The notes under the pieces: model-generated
Told to the model about the DNA's origin: nothing
Seen by the model: only the letters and a program-made list of their open reading frames with translations
The model's database searches: none
Made by a program: the position numbers and the translations under genes
In this document: piece by piece, positions 41,207-48,536 of the stretch
Numbering within the stretch: position 1 is the stretch's first letter
Layout: every line of letters starts with the position of its first letter
NCBI GenBank assembly: GCA_045614835.1
Contig: JAZLDP010000087.1
Location: 1-50,546 of the forward strand
Source: Clostridia bacterium
GTDB lineage: Bacteria > Bacillota > Clostridia > Christensenellales > UBA1242
Length of the DNA stretch: 50,546 bases
Direction: 5' to 3'

Positions 41207-41472
41207 TCTTCTACCTCCTCTACAAAACCAACTTCAACCAAGTCTTGTATGCTATCATTTAATAATTTACAATCACAACTACAAGTACCAAACCCTTCTT
41301 TAATATTTTTCAACCATACATTTCTTTCATCATAATATATTCTTATCTCTTCATAGTTGCTTATCTTTTTACTCATTGCCTTTGGATATATACATATTTT
41401 ACTTTCAGAGTATCCAAATCTTTTAAGGTGTTCCAAGCCTATATCTTTCTTTAGTAGGAATATTTTGCTCAT
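41203..41472 (-). CDS. Tandem paralog family member 4 (89 aa)
   Basis: N-terminus LLKKDIGLEHLKRFGY and C-terminus LVEVGFVEEVEE. Confidence 0.65.
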   Translation of the reverse strand: MSKIFLLKKDIGLEHLKRFGYSESKICIYPKAMSKKISNYEEIRIYYDERNVWLKNIKEGFGTCSCDCKLLNDSIQDLVEVGFVEEVEE

Positions 41473-41732
41473 TCTTCCACCTCATCGACCATTCCTGCAT
41501 CAATTATAGATTTCGCATACTGCTCAATCTGTTTGCCAGTAAGTGTGTAATGTTCTACACCTACTATCGTTCCACTAATTACTCTAGTATTCTTATCAAC
41601 CATAATAAAGCAATGGTTATTTTTCTTAGTCCTAGTTTCATATACATAGTTGGGATAACTCTCGTTCTCTTCAAAGCCGTACTTCTCGAGTCCCCTCAAA
41701 TCTATCTCGTCCTTTACTCGCAGTGCTTTCAT
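41469..41732 (-). CDS. Tandem paralog family member 3 (87 aa)
   Basis: N-terminus LRVKDEIDLRGLEKYGF and C-terminus IIDAGMVDEVEE. Confidence 0.65.
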   Translation of the reverse strand: MKALRVKDEIDLRGLEKYGFEENESYPNYVYETRTKKNNHCFIMVDKNTRVISGTIVGVEHYTLTGKQIEQYAKSIIDAGMVDEVEE

Positions 41733-42019
41733 TCGCCTTCCTCCACTTTCTCCACTAGGTCGGCTTGGATTAGGTCATAGAACACACCTAACTTATCAAT
41801 ATCAATCTCACTTTCCGTAACACTTATATTTAGTACCCTATCCGATTCTTCAATATACAATTCAGCAAGCATACTATTATTATTCCTATAAAGTATTAAG
41901 TTCCAAAAAGCATACTGGTATCTCTTTCCATTGCAACACCCAGTAACAAATTGTCTATGAAACCCAAACCCCTCCAACTCCGACAACTCTTTGTCTTTCT
42001 TAATTCTCAGTTTCGCCAT
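41729..42019 (-). CDS. Tandem paralog family member 2 (96 aa)
   Basis: Start moved to ATG 42019 behind GAGGAGG. N-terminus LRIKKDKELSELEGFGF and C-terminus LIQADLVEKVEE. Confidence 0.65.
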   Translation of the reverse strand: MAKLRIKKDKELSELEGFGFHRQFVTGCCNGKRYQYAFWNLILYRNNNSMLAELYIEESDRVLNISVTESEIDIDKLGVFYDLIQADLVEKVEEGE

Positions 42020-42305
42020 CACTAACCTCCTCAATATACCCTAACTTGGTTAGTTTAAATAGCATATCGTTTATTTCTCTTTCAAAATCCCAGTGGTTAT
42101 ATGTTCTAATATATCTATTATCAAGAATCTTTATCATTGGAGCAAAAGTCCAAGAACCATAAGAATCGTAACCATCACTTCTATCTTCTTCTACCCAAAT
42201 TCTCACCCATTTAGAAACCAATATACTTGCATCATCAGTTTTGTGCTTTCTAAATCCAAGTTTTTTTAATATATCTAAATCCACTTTATCTTTAATCTTT
42301 AGCAT
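42000..42305 (-). CDS. Tandem paralog family member 1 (101 aa)
   Basis: N-terminus LKIKDKVDLDILKKLGF and C-terminus LTKLGYIEEVSDGE. Confidence 0.65.
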   Translation of the reverse strand: MLKIKDKVDLDILKKLGFRKHKTDDASILVSKWVRIWVEEDRSDGYDSYGSWTFAPMIKILDNRYIRTYNHWDFEREINDMLFKLTKLGYIEEVSDGETEN

Positions 42306-42516
42306 TTTCCCTCCTCTCGCACCTCTCTCGGCACAAAATTTATTTTTATATATTCTCTCTTTTATTTCTCTTGCTCTATTACCTAGCCCCTCTCTATTCT
42401 AGTAGTCTAGTAATATAATATAGTTTTCGTTTTCTATTTTAGTATGTAATATTACTTACTTTATTGGCATAAATTCTTCGTTCTTGTATATACTTTTTAT
42501 CTTTATATTTATTTTA

Positions 42517-42960
42517 TTATTTATTGTCGTTACTTTTTGTTACATCATTGTTACATTGTAACATTTTATGCCTTTCTCTGTATAATCTTACCCTTTCTGC
42601 ACTCTCGCCTTCTTTACCAACTCTCTTAGGAACATCTGGCAAATATAGTGTTCCATTTTCAAGTATTTGTATCATACCTAGATTGGCAAATATGTGCATT
42701 GCACTTCTAACAATATCAATGTTTGTGTCGGTTATACTCGCCAACATTTCTTCATTATAGGGAACTAAATCACTAAATCTTAAATGCCCTTCACTATTTA
42801 CACTTTCTAGCATCAATGCCAAATAGAAAATAATATAGTCCTTGCCATTCTTCATATTTTTAATAACCTTGATTTGACTACTATTAAGAAAGTCTTTTTC
42901 AAGTTTAAGCCAATACTTTTTCTTTTCTTTTGGTTCTTGTTTACCCTCTTCTAATTCCAT
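42517..42960 (-). CDS. Phage replisome organizer N-terminal-domain protein
   Basis: YWLKLEKDFLNSSQIKVIKNM.NGKDYIIFYLALMLESVNSEGHLRF....PYNEEMLASIT fits the replisome-organizer N-domain pattern (TIGR01714-like, from memory). Confidence 0.6.
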   Translation of the reverse strand: MELEEGKQEPKEKKKYWLKLEKDFLNSSQIKVIKNMKNGKDYIIFYLALMLESVNSEGHLRFSDLVPYNEEMLASITDTNIDIVRSAMHIFANLGMIQILENGTLYLPDVPKRVGKEGESAERVRLYRERHKMLQCNNDVTKSNDNK

Positions 42961-42961
42961 T

Positions 42962-43141
42962 TTATTCTCCCTTTTTCCACTCTAAAAGTTTTTTCTCAAT
43001 AGCACTATCATTTCTCTTTCGGTTGATAATCTCCGATAGTATCGGTCTTTGGATACCAAACTCAATGGCAAGTTTAGAAATATTATATTTGTGCTTTGCC
43101 ATTTTCATTCTAATTCTAGTTTCTTGATTTTCTGTTAGCAT
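42962..43141 (-). CDS. 59-aa HTH regulator, first gene of the leftward block
   Basis: Hand-translated: MLTENQETRIRMKMAKHKYNISKLAIEFGIQRPILSEIINRKRNDSAIEKKLLEWKKGE. GAGAAAGAT upstream of the ATG. Confidence 0.5.
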   Translation of the reverse strand: MLTENQETRIRMKMAKHKYNISKLAIEFGIQRPILSEIINRKRNDSAIEKKLLEWKKGE

Positions 43142-43171
43142 ATCTTTCTCCTTTTCTGAATTGTTATCTTA

Positions 43172-43200
43172 ATTGTACACTATGTAATACAGATTGTCAA
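43172..43200 (-). promoter_or_regulatory. Leftward promoter of the divergent switch region
   Basis: On the minus strand: TTGACA (43195-200), a 17-nt spacer, then TACAAT (43172-77). Confidence 0.6.
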
Positions 43201-43300
43201 ACATTTTCTGCAAATATTTTAATTTTTTCTCGCCCTATATTATAATATAATTTAATAAGAGAACGTAACTTTTACCATATATAAACTGGGGCAAATAAAT

Positions 43301-43330
43301 TTTTGAAATATTTTTGAAAAACTTTTGAAA
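43301..43330 (+). promoter_or_regulatory. Three TTTTGAAA repeats phased at 11 bp, abutting the rightward -35
   Basis: Copies at 43301-08, 43312-19 and 43323-30. Confidence 0.6.
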
Positions 43331-43335
43331 TTTGT

Positions 43336-43364
43336 TTGACACGATTATTTTTGTGTGATAATAT
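43336..43364 (+). promoter_or_regulatory. Rightward early promoter
   Basis: TTGACA (43336-41), a 17-nt spacer, then TAATAT (43359-64), with TG at 43356-57. Confidence 0.6.
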
Positions 43365-43386
43365 ATGGATAATAACGGAGGCAGAG

Positions 43387-43569
43387 ATGAAACTAAAACG
43401 ATTGATTTCGCTAACATATAGAGATGCTAGAAGAATTAGAGAACGCCAAAAGGCAGGGACAATGACCGAGTTCTACGATGACGAGCAGTACTTGTGTTAC
43501 AGCGAAAAAGAACTAAAGAACTACAAACCTAAAAAGAGGGGAAGACCTTCAAATACAAAAGGAGAATAA
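43387..43569 (+). CDS. Basic 60-aa protein
   Basis: ATG 43387 lies behind AACGGAGGCAGAG. C-terminus KKRGRPSNTKGE. Confidence 0.55.
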   Translation: MKLKRLISLTYRDARRIRERQKAGTMTEFYDDEQYLCYSEKELKNYKPKKRGRPSNTKGE

Positions 43570-43572
43570 GAA

Positions 43573-43863
43573 ATGGAAATAGAGCAATATTTGTTAGACA
43601 AGGGAATCAAGCCACATTATAGCGGTTTCAACCAACTTGTTTGTGCGATTAAACTTTGCCAAAAGGATGCAAAATATCTAAGTGGTTTTACCACAAGACT
43701 TTATCCAGACGTTGCAAAACATCTTGATACGACAGCAATTAGAGTTGAAAGGGGAATAAGGACTGCTATAACGCATTCAGGATTGTCACAAACTATATCT
43801 GAATTTGTGTGCAGGGCGGTAGTAGACATAAATATGCTAAACCACAAGAAAGGGGAAAAGTAG
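43573..43863 (+). CDS. Spo0A C-terminal (effector/DNA-binding) domain protein without a receiver domain
   Basis: [24 protein letters not shown] and [13 protein letters not shown] parallel B. subtilis Spo0A [24 protein letters not shown] and TNSEFIAMVADKL (recalled from memory). Confidence 0.75.
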   Translation: [96 protein letters not shown]

Positions 43864-43864
43864 T

Positions 43865-44107
43865 ATGACAATATCTTATTTTTTTAATAATGAAAACTTC
43901 GACTATGAAGTAGGCACTAAAGAATTTGTCGACAAAGTTTTAGAACTTTTTTCCGAAAACTATGGGATAGAAATTAATAGTGTGAAACTAATTTATAGAG
44001 ACGACTGGTTGGACTTCGACAGACTTAAAAATGAATTTAAACAAGAGATTAAAGATTCATTTGAAGATGTCGCCTATAAGGTCTACTTGGACTGGAGGTG
44101 TGCATAA
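43865..44107 (+). CDS. Hypothetical protein
   Basis: Track ORF. Confidence 0.55.
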   Translation: MTISYFFNNENFDYEVGTKEFVDKVLELFSENYGIEINSVKLIYRDDWLDFDRLKNEFKQEIKDSFEDVAYKVYLDWRCA

Positions 44108-44298
44108 TGAAATTTGAAGAGATTGTAAAAGTTTTAGATGTGCTAACTTGGGTCGAAGTAAATAGGACTGGAGATAGGACTATATTTAAAGGCAGACTAA
44201 AGGATATAAATCCCCAAGAGATGGCAAACTATAATGTTTATAAAATAATTCCAGCATCAACTAGCAGAGAAACGTATTTAGAGATTGATGTTTTATAG
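44107..44298 (+). CDS. Hypothetical protein
   Basis: ATG 44107 lies behind GGAGG, with a TAATG overlap with the upstream stop. Confidence 0.55.
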   Translation: MKFEEIVKVLDVLTWVEVNRTGDRTIFKGRLKDINPQEMANYNVYKIIPASTSRETYLEIDVL

Positions 44299-44308
44299 GA
44301 GAATGAAT

Positions 44309-44482
44309 ATGTGGTATATAGATGTAGATGAAAAATTAGAAGAGCTTCAATTAAAGATTAACAAAATTGAAGATAAAGACCCAAACTATAGGGAAAATAA
44401 AAAATGGATTTTGTATAGGCATCAGCAAGACCTATTGTACGAATTTAAAAGACAGGAGATGGAAGATGGAAGAGGTATTTAA
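44309..44482 (+). CDS. Hypothetical protein
   Basis: ATG 44309 lies 7 nt after AGGAG. Confidence 0.5.
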   Translation: MWYIDVDEKLEELQLKINKIEDKDPNYRENKKWILYRHQQDLLYEFKRQEMEDGRGI

Positions 44483-44687
44483 AAGAACTATGTTCTTAGA
44501 GATGAACAATTACCCTAAGGACTATAAAGAGTGCTTGATTCAAGCCATTCGAGAACTTATACCAGATTATTACCTAAAAGATATATTTACAATTTTCGGA
44601 ATAACTTATAATGAGTACATAGAAGATATGGCGAATTCTTACATAAGATACAAAAGCCAAAAAGTGGGTGATTTGTGTCAAAGATAA
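44466..44687 (+). CDS. Hypothetical protein
   Basis: ATG 44466 lies behind CAGGAGATGGAAG. Confidence 0.5.
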   Translation: MEEVFKRTMFLEMNNYPKDYKECLIQAIRELIPDYYLKDIFTIFGITYNEYIEDMANSYIRYKSQKVGDLCQR

Positions 44688-45223
44688 GAAGGGTTTTAAA
44701 GGTATTAAATGTAATTATAGTAGTTCTTGTGATTGTTGGCATATATCCATTAATAGTAGGAATTTCATCAAGTAGAGACCTTAGTGTACCAGTAATTATT
44801 ACAACACAAGACCAATGTTTAAAGGCATATAACATATTAAATGAAGAGTATGAAGACTTAACGCAAAGCGAAGACGAGTTGCGAGACTTAATTGCAAGTG
44901 ACTTTGAATTGAGATTGTATTTCTATGAAAAGATACCCCTTGAAGATTGTGCAGGTAAAGTTAATATGATAACTAGACGAATATTTGTTGATGCTGATAT
45001 TAACAATCATGAATTTGCTAAAGTGTTTGCTCACGAAGTAATACACCTAAAGATGCTGACTAGTGACGAGCGTTGGGTATGTTTTGAAACCTTCAAATAT
45101 CTATACCGACACGAAGAGTTGCATAGTGCTGGCGTTTGGTATGGTCAACTCCAGTTGCAAGGGTGCTGGGATGGGGAATATGATATAAGAGATTTAATAG
45201 TAGATTATTTGACAAACAAGTGA
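44675..45223 (+). CDS. Membrane-anchored putative zinc metallopeptidase (HExxH)
   Basis: N-terminal TM segment VLKVLNVIIVVLVIVGIYPLIVGI. FAHEVIHL is an HExxH motif. Confidence 0.55.
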   Translation: MSKIRRVLKVLNVIIVVLVIVGIYPLIVGISSSRDLSVPVIITTQDQCLKAYNILNEEYEDLTQSEDELRDLIASDFELRLYFYEKIPLEDCAGKVNMITRRIFVDADINNHEFAKVFAHEVIHLKMLTSDERWVCFETFKYLYRHEELHSAGVWYGQLQLQGCWDGEYDIRDLIVDYLTNK

Positions 45224-45358
45224 AAATTTGATATTTTAAAAGTAGGTAGACACTCATAGTAGATTACAGAACCTAAATGTGCCAACAGCAGAGTGTTGGG
45301 CTTTCGAGATTTGCTTGACCGAAAATCTCTATGACTGCTAGGAAAGACTAGCATTTAT

Positions 45359-45495
45359 GGGATAGTATTTCTTAGGGGTTGAAATAGATTACAACTGACG
45401 AGTTGTTTGAGTGCAATTCTCAACTTCCCGATATGGACTAAGATATTAGAGGTAATGTTCTCCAACATTAGTGGGTGCAAATCCCACCTATCCCA
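45359..45495 (+). ncRNA. tRNA-shaped element with a ~63-nt insertion between the D- and T-arms (function unknown)
   Basis: Acceptor GGGATAG (45359-65) pairs with CTATCCC (45488-94). D-arm TTTC-TTAGGGGTT-GAAA. T-arm GTGGG-TGCAAAT-CCCAC. No canonical 7-nt anticodon loop could be placed. Confidence 0.4.
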
Positions 45496-45502
45496 CAATT
45501 AT

Positions 45503-45576
45503 GGCACAATACCCAAGTGGCTTAAGGGGTTGCTCTGCAAAAGCAATATTCGTAAGTTCAAATCTTACTTGTGCCT
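45503..45576 (+). tRNA. tRNA-Cys (anticodon GCA), CCA encoded at 45577-79
   Basis: Folded by hand. Acceptor GGCACAA/TTGTGCC. D-loop with GG. Anticodon stem TTGCT/AGCAA with loop CTGCAAA. T-arm GTAAG-TTCAAAT-CTTAC. Confidence 0.9.
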
Positions 45577-45916
45577 CCATTGTCCGAGTGAGTACGGCTC
45601 AAGAATATACCCACAGATTAAGCCACTAACGGAATAGGTTGCGTAGGTCATAGACCGTAAGTATCGAAGCAATACCTGCCTTGTGTGTGAGAGTGAAAGC
45701 CCTCTCGTGCAACCGAAGTAACTGCAAAAAACCAAAAGTAAAATACATAATCAACATTAATATAGAGTTATATGTTTTTCCATTTTTCATTCAAAAAGTC
45801 AAAAGACTACTTACGAAATTTTTTAGTTTTTTATTCAAATCTCAAAAAATAGTTGTAACACAGGTTTTTGGTCATCCTTGCAGTTATATTTTTTTAAATT
45901 AGTTGTTTAGTTTTTG

Positions 45917-45945
45917 TTGTGTTTTTATTTAGTTTGTGTTATAAT
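45917..45945 (+). promoter_or_regulatory. Extended -10 promoter upstream of the XRE gene
   Basis: TTGTGT, a 17-nt spacer, then TGtTATAAT (45937-45). Confidence 0.5.
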
Positions 45946-45965
45946 ATAGTCAAGGAGGTGGTAGA

Positions 45966-46151
45966 TTGGACACGAAGAGAATAAGATTAATGACTGGAGC
46001 AACACAGAAAGAGTTCGCAAAAGAGATTGGAGTGTCGGAGCAGAGTATAGTGCTTTGGGAAACTAAGAAAAGGAATCCAAGACCTAGCAGTATAAAAAGA
46101 ATTATAATATATTGTAAGCAACATAAAATAGAATATATGGAAGGACTGTGA
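45966..46151 (+). CDS. XRE/Cro-type HTH regulator
   Basis: TGATQKEFAKEIGVSEQSIVLWETKKRNP. TTG start lies 7 nt after AAGGAGGTGG. Confidence 0.75.
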   Translation: MDTKRIRLMTGATQKEFAKEIGVSEQSIVLWETKKRNPRPSSIKRIIIYCKQHKIEYMEGL

Positions 46152-46153
46152 AT

Positions 46154-46360
46154 ATGGATAGGCACAAAAAAGACATCTTAAAACTCAAGGAAATGCGAGA
46201 GTCACTAAAAACCCAAACAAGAGATGCCGATAAAGAGAAGATTAGGTATTTATATTTTGATCGTGTGCTTTCGTATGAAAATATTGAAAAGGCATTCAAT
46301 GGGAAATATACTTATCAAGAACTTAAATCAATAATAAAAGAATTTTATAAAAAGTATTAG
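46154..46360 (+). CDS. Hypothetical protein
   Basis: ATG 46154 lies behind GGAAGGA. Confidence 0.55.
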   Translation: MDRHKKDILKLKEMRESLKTQTRDADKEKIRYLYFDRVLSYENIEKAFNGKYTYQELKSIIKEFYKKY

Positions 46361-46369
46361 GAGAGAATT

Positions 46370-46534
46370 ATGGATTATAACGAACAAATTGAATTAGCAG
46401 AGGAAATGATTAGAAATTTACAGGACTACATTTTATTGATGAAATTAGAACCAAAACTTAAGGTCGAAAGAATTAACGACAAGATAGACAATGTAGTCGA
46501 CTTCATTAAAATTAATGTGAGGAACTTAAAATAA
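46370..46534 (+). CDS. 54-aa hypothetical protein
   Basis: Hand-translated: MDYNEQIELAEEMIRNLQDYILLMKLEPKLKVERINDKIDNVVDFIKINVRNLK. AGGAGAGAATT RBS. Confidence 0.45.
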   Translation: MDYNEQIELAEEMIRNLQDYILLMKLEPKLKVERINDKIDNVVDFIKINVRNLK

Positions 46535-46549
46535 TACGGAGGAACTATA

Positions 46550-46771
46550 ATGAGCGATATTTTAGATAGCCAAGAAGTTCTTAATGTTAAGTGGTTTAAT
46601 GATGTGGGTATCGTCACCATCTTTAACGGCAGAGAAGTAAGAACTTATATTAAAAAGGTCGAGGGCAAAAACGAGCAAAACGACATCAGAGATATTATCT
46701 CTTGGGGTTCTCGCATATACCCAGAAACCTTGAAAGAAATATTGGCATTTTATGAAGAAGGAGAGAAGTAA
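46550..46771 (+). CDS. Hypothetical protein
   Basis: Track ORF with CGGAGGAAC RBS. Confidence 0.55.
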   Translation: MSDILDSQEVLNVKWFNDVGIVTIFNGREVRTYIKKVEGKNEQNDIRDIISWGSRIYPETLKEILAFYEEGEK

Positions 46772-47436
46772 TGGCAAAACTCATATTCTATGATGATGTG
46801 CATAGATACGAAGTTGATGGCGAAGAAATGCCAAGTGTGAGCCAAATATCACGATTTGCAAGTAGAGAAGTTTATGGTGAAATAAGTCAATACAAACTTG
46901 ACAATGCTTGTGAGAGAGGTTCGGCAGTTCATAAGGCAACCGAAATACTTGACAAGTATAAAGAGTGCGAGGTAACCGAAGATATTGAAACCTATTTGAG
47001 AGCATACGTGCAATTCAAAAAAGATTTCGGAGTTGGCGATTATGTAGCAATCGAAAAGCCGTTAGCAAGTGAAAATCTAAAGTTCGCTGGAACTATAGAC
47101 CGAATACTGCTAATCACAAAAGAGTTTGCCGATAAGGTGTTAGAAGTCTGCAAAGTAGACCTTTCTAAACAAGTTGGCAAATTGGCAATAATAGATTTGA
47201 AATCAAGTTCGGTAGTGCAAAAGGTACTTGCAAAAATTCAACTTAATGGATACCAAAAGTTAGTAGAAGAAAATAAGATTGGCGAGGTTGGTGCATTATT
47301 TATATTACACCTAGAAAAAAATAATAAGTATAAACTAATGCCATTCGATATTAACGATACTCTATTTATGAGTTGTCTAAACTTACACAACGAATTTAGA
47401 CCAAAAAGAAAAAAGAAAGATAAGGGAGAAGAATAA
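46771..47436 (+). CDS. PD-(D/E)xK recombination exonuclease (Cas4/RecB-like)
   Basis: HRYEVDGEEMPSVSQI, RGSAVHKATE, FAGTIDRI, AIIDLKSS and QLNGYQKL are in the canonical order. The gene lies upstream of recT. Confidence 0.7.
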   Translation: MAKLIFYDDVHRYEVDGEEMPSVSQISRFASREVYGEISQYKLDNACERGSAVHKATEILDKYKECEVTEDIETYLRAYVQFKKDFGVGDYVAIEKPLASENLKFAGTIDRILLITKEFADKVLEVCKVDLSKQVGKLAIIDLKSSSVVQKVLAKIQLNGYQKLVEENKIGEVGALFILHLEKNNKYKLMPFDINDTLFMSCLNLHNEFRPKRKKKDKGEE

Positions 47437-48110
47437 TGTCAGAAGAAATTAGAGAAGAAATAGTGGACGAAAATGCAGTTGCAAAAGTTGGCGAAGAAAC
47501 TGGTCTTGCAAATGTCCCAACAAACACTACTGGACAAGTTGCAACAATGTGGAATGACAGCGATATTCTAGCAAAAGTATGGAAGTCTGCTGGTTTCTTG
47601 GCAAAAACAGACCTAGTGCCTGACACCTACCATAATAAGCCAGAGAACTGCTTGATTGCACTTGACCTTGCAAATAGAAGTGGTATGTCGCCATTAACCG
47701 TAATGCAAAACCTTTATGTTGTTAAAGGCAAACCTGCTTGGAGTGGTCAGTTCTGCATTGCCTTGATAAATGCAAGTAGAAGATTTGCAAAACCATTAAA
47801 ACCAGTATTTGTAGGCGAAAAGGGAACATTGAATTATGGTTGCTATATGACTACCATAAACCACTTAGGCGAAACCATTGACGGAACAACCGTAACAATG
47901 CAGATGGCAAAAGACGAGGGTTGGATTGACAAGTCTGGCTCAAAGTGGAAAACTATGCCAGACCAAATGCTAATGTATCGTGCTGGTGCATTCTTTGGAA
48001 GAGTTCACTGCCCTGATGTCCTTTATGGTATTCAGACAGTAGAAGAAGTCAAAGATGTGGACGGATACGAGGAAGAAGAAAAACAAAAAGTAAAAATAGT
48101 AATTGATTAA
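47436..48110 (+). CDS. recT: RecT-family single-strand annealing protein
   Basis: NCLIALDLANRSGMSPLTVMQNLYVVKGKPAWSGQF and SKWKTMPDQMLMYRAGAFFGR. Confidence 0.7.
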   Translation: MSEEIREEIVDENAVAKVGEETGLANVPTNTTGQVATMWNDSDILAKVWKSAGFLAKTDLVPDTYHNKPENCLIALDLANRSGMSPLTVMQNLYVVKGKPAWSGQFCIALINASRRFAKPLKPVFVGEKGTLNYGCYMTTINHLGETIDGTTVTMQMAKDEGWIDKSGSKWKTMPDQMLMYRAGAFFGRVHCPDVLYGIQTVEEVKDVDGYEEEEKQKVKIVID

Positions 48111-48122
48111 GGAGAAATAATA

Positions 48123-48521
48123 ATGGGCTACAAGAATAATTGTTTTTGCACCTGTTGGTTAAACAAGGCGACAAACAAAGTAATAAACAAATATGAGAAA
48201 TATGCAGAGGTGCAACTAAGCACGAGCAAGAAGGTTGACGGACAATACAAGAACGACTGGAGCGACAAGGTGCGTTTCGTGGGCAAAGCCTTCGAGAAAA
48301 TCAAGGACATAGAACTTGCCGAGAAAGACAAAATCAAACTGCTTGAGGTCGAGGTAACCAACAAGTACGACAAGGAAAGAAAACTTACCTACACCAACTA
48401 TGTGTGCTGGGACTTCGAGTGCATCGACACACCAAAGCAGTCTGCACCACAACAGCCTGAGGTCGTGGGAGATTTGCAACCATTAGACGATATCTTCCCA
48501 GACGATTCTCTCCCATTTTAG
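48123..48521 (+). CDS. ssb: Single-stranded DNA-binding protein (divergent OB fold, canonical acidic tip)
   Basis: The C-terminus LQPLDDIFPDDSLPF resembles the SSB D-D-D-I-P-F tail. It sits directly after recT. Confidence 0.6.
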   Translation: MGYKNNCFCTCWLNKATNKVINKYEKYAEVQLSTSKKVDGQYKNDWSDKVRFVGKAFEKIKDIELAEKDKIKLLEVEVTNKYDKERKLTYTNYVCWDFECIDTPKQSAPQQPEVVGDLQPLDDIFPDDSLPF

Positions 48522-48536
48522 TAAAGGAGAACAATT

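Noticed and set aside
45407-45637. 76-aa track ORF across the RNA locus
   Set aside because: It overlaps the canonical tRNA-Cys and the T-arm of the tRNA-like element, and it has no RBS.
45637-45715. Second tRNA-sized element (ends GGTTGCG/TGCAACC pair; 78 nt)
   Set aside because: The D-loop would be only 3 nt, the putative anticodon stem (TAAGT/CAATA) does not pair, and the T-loop would be 8 nt. It is not a valid cloverleaf, though it may be a decayed tRNA or another structured RNA.
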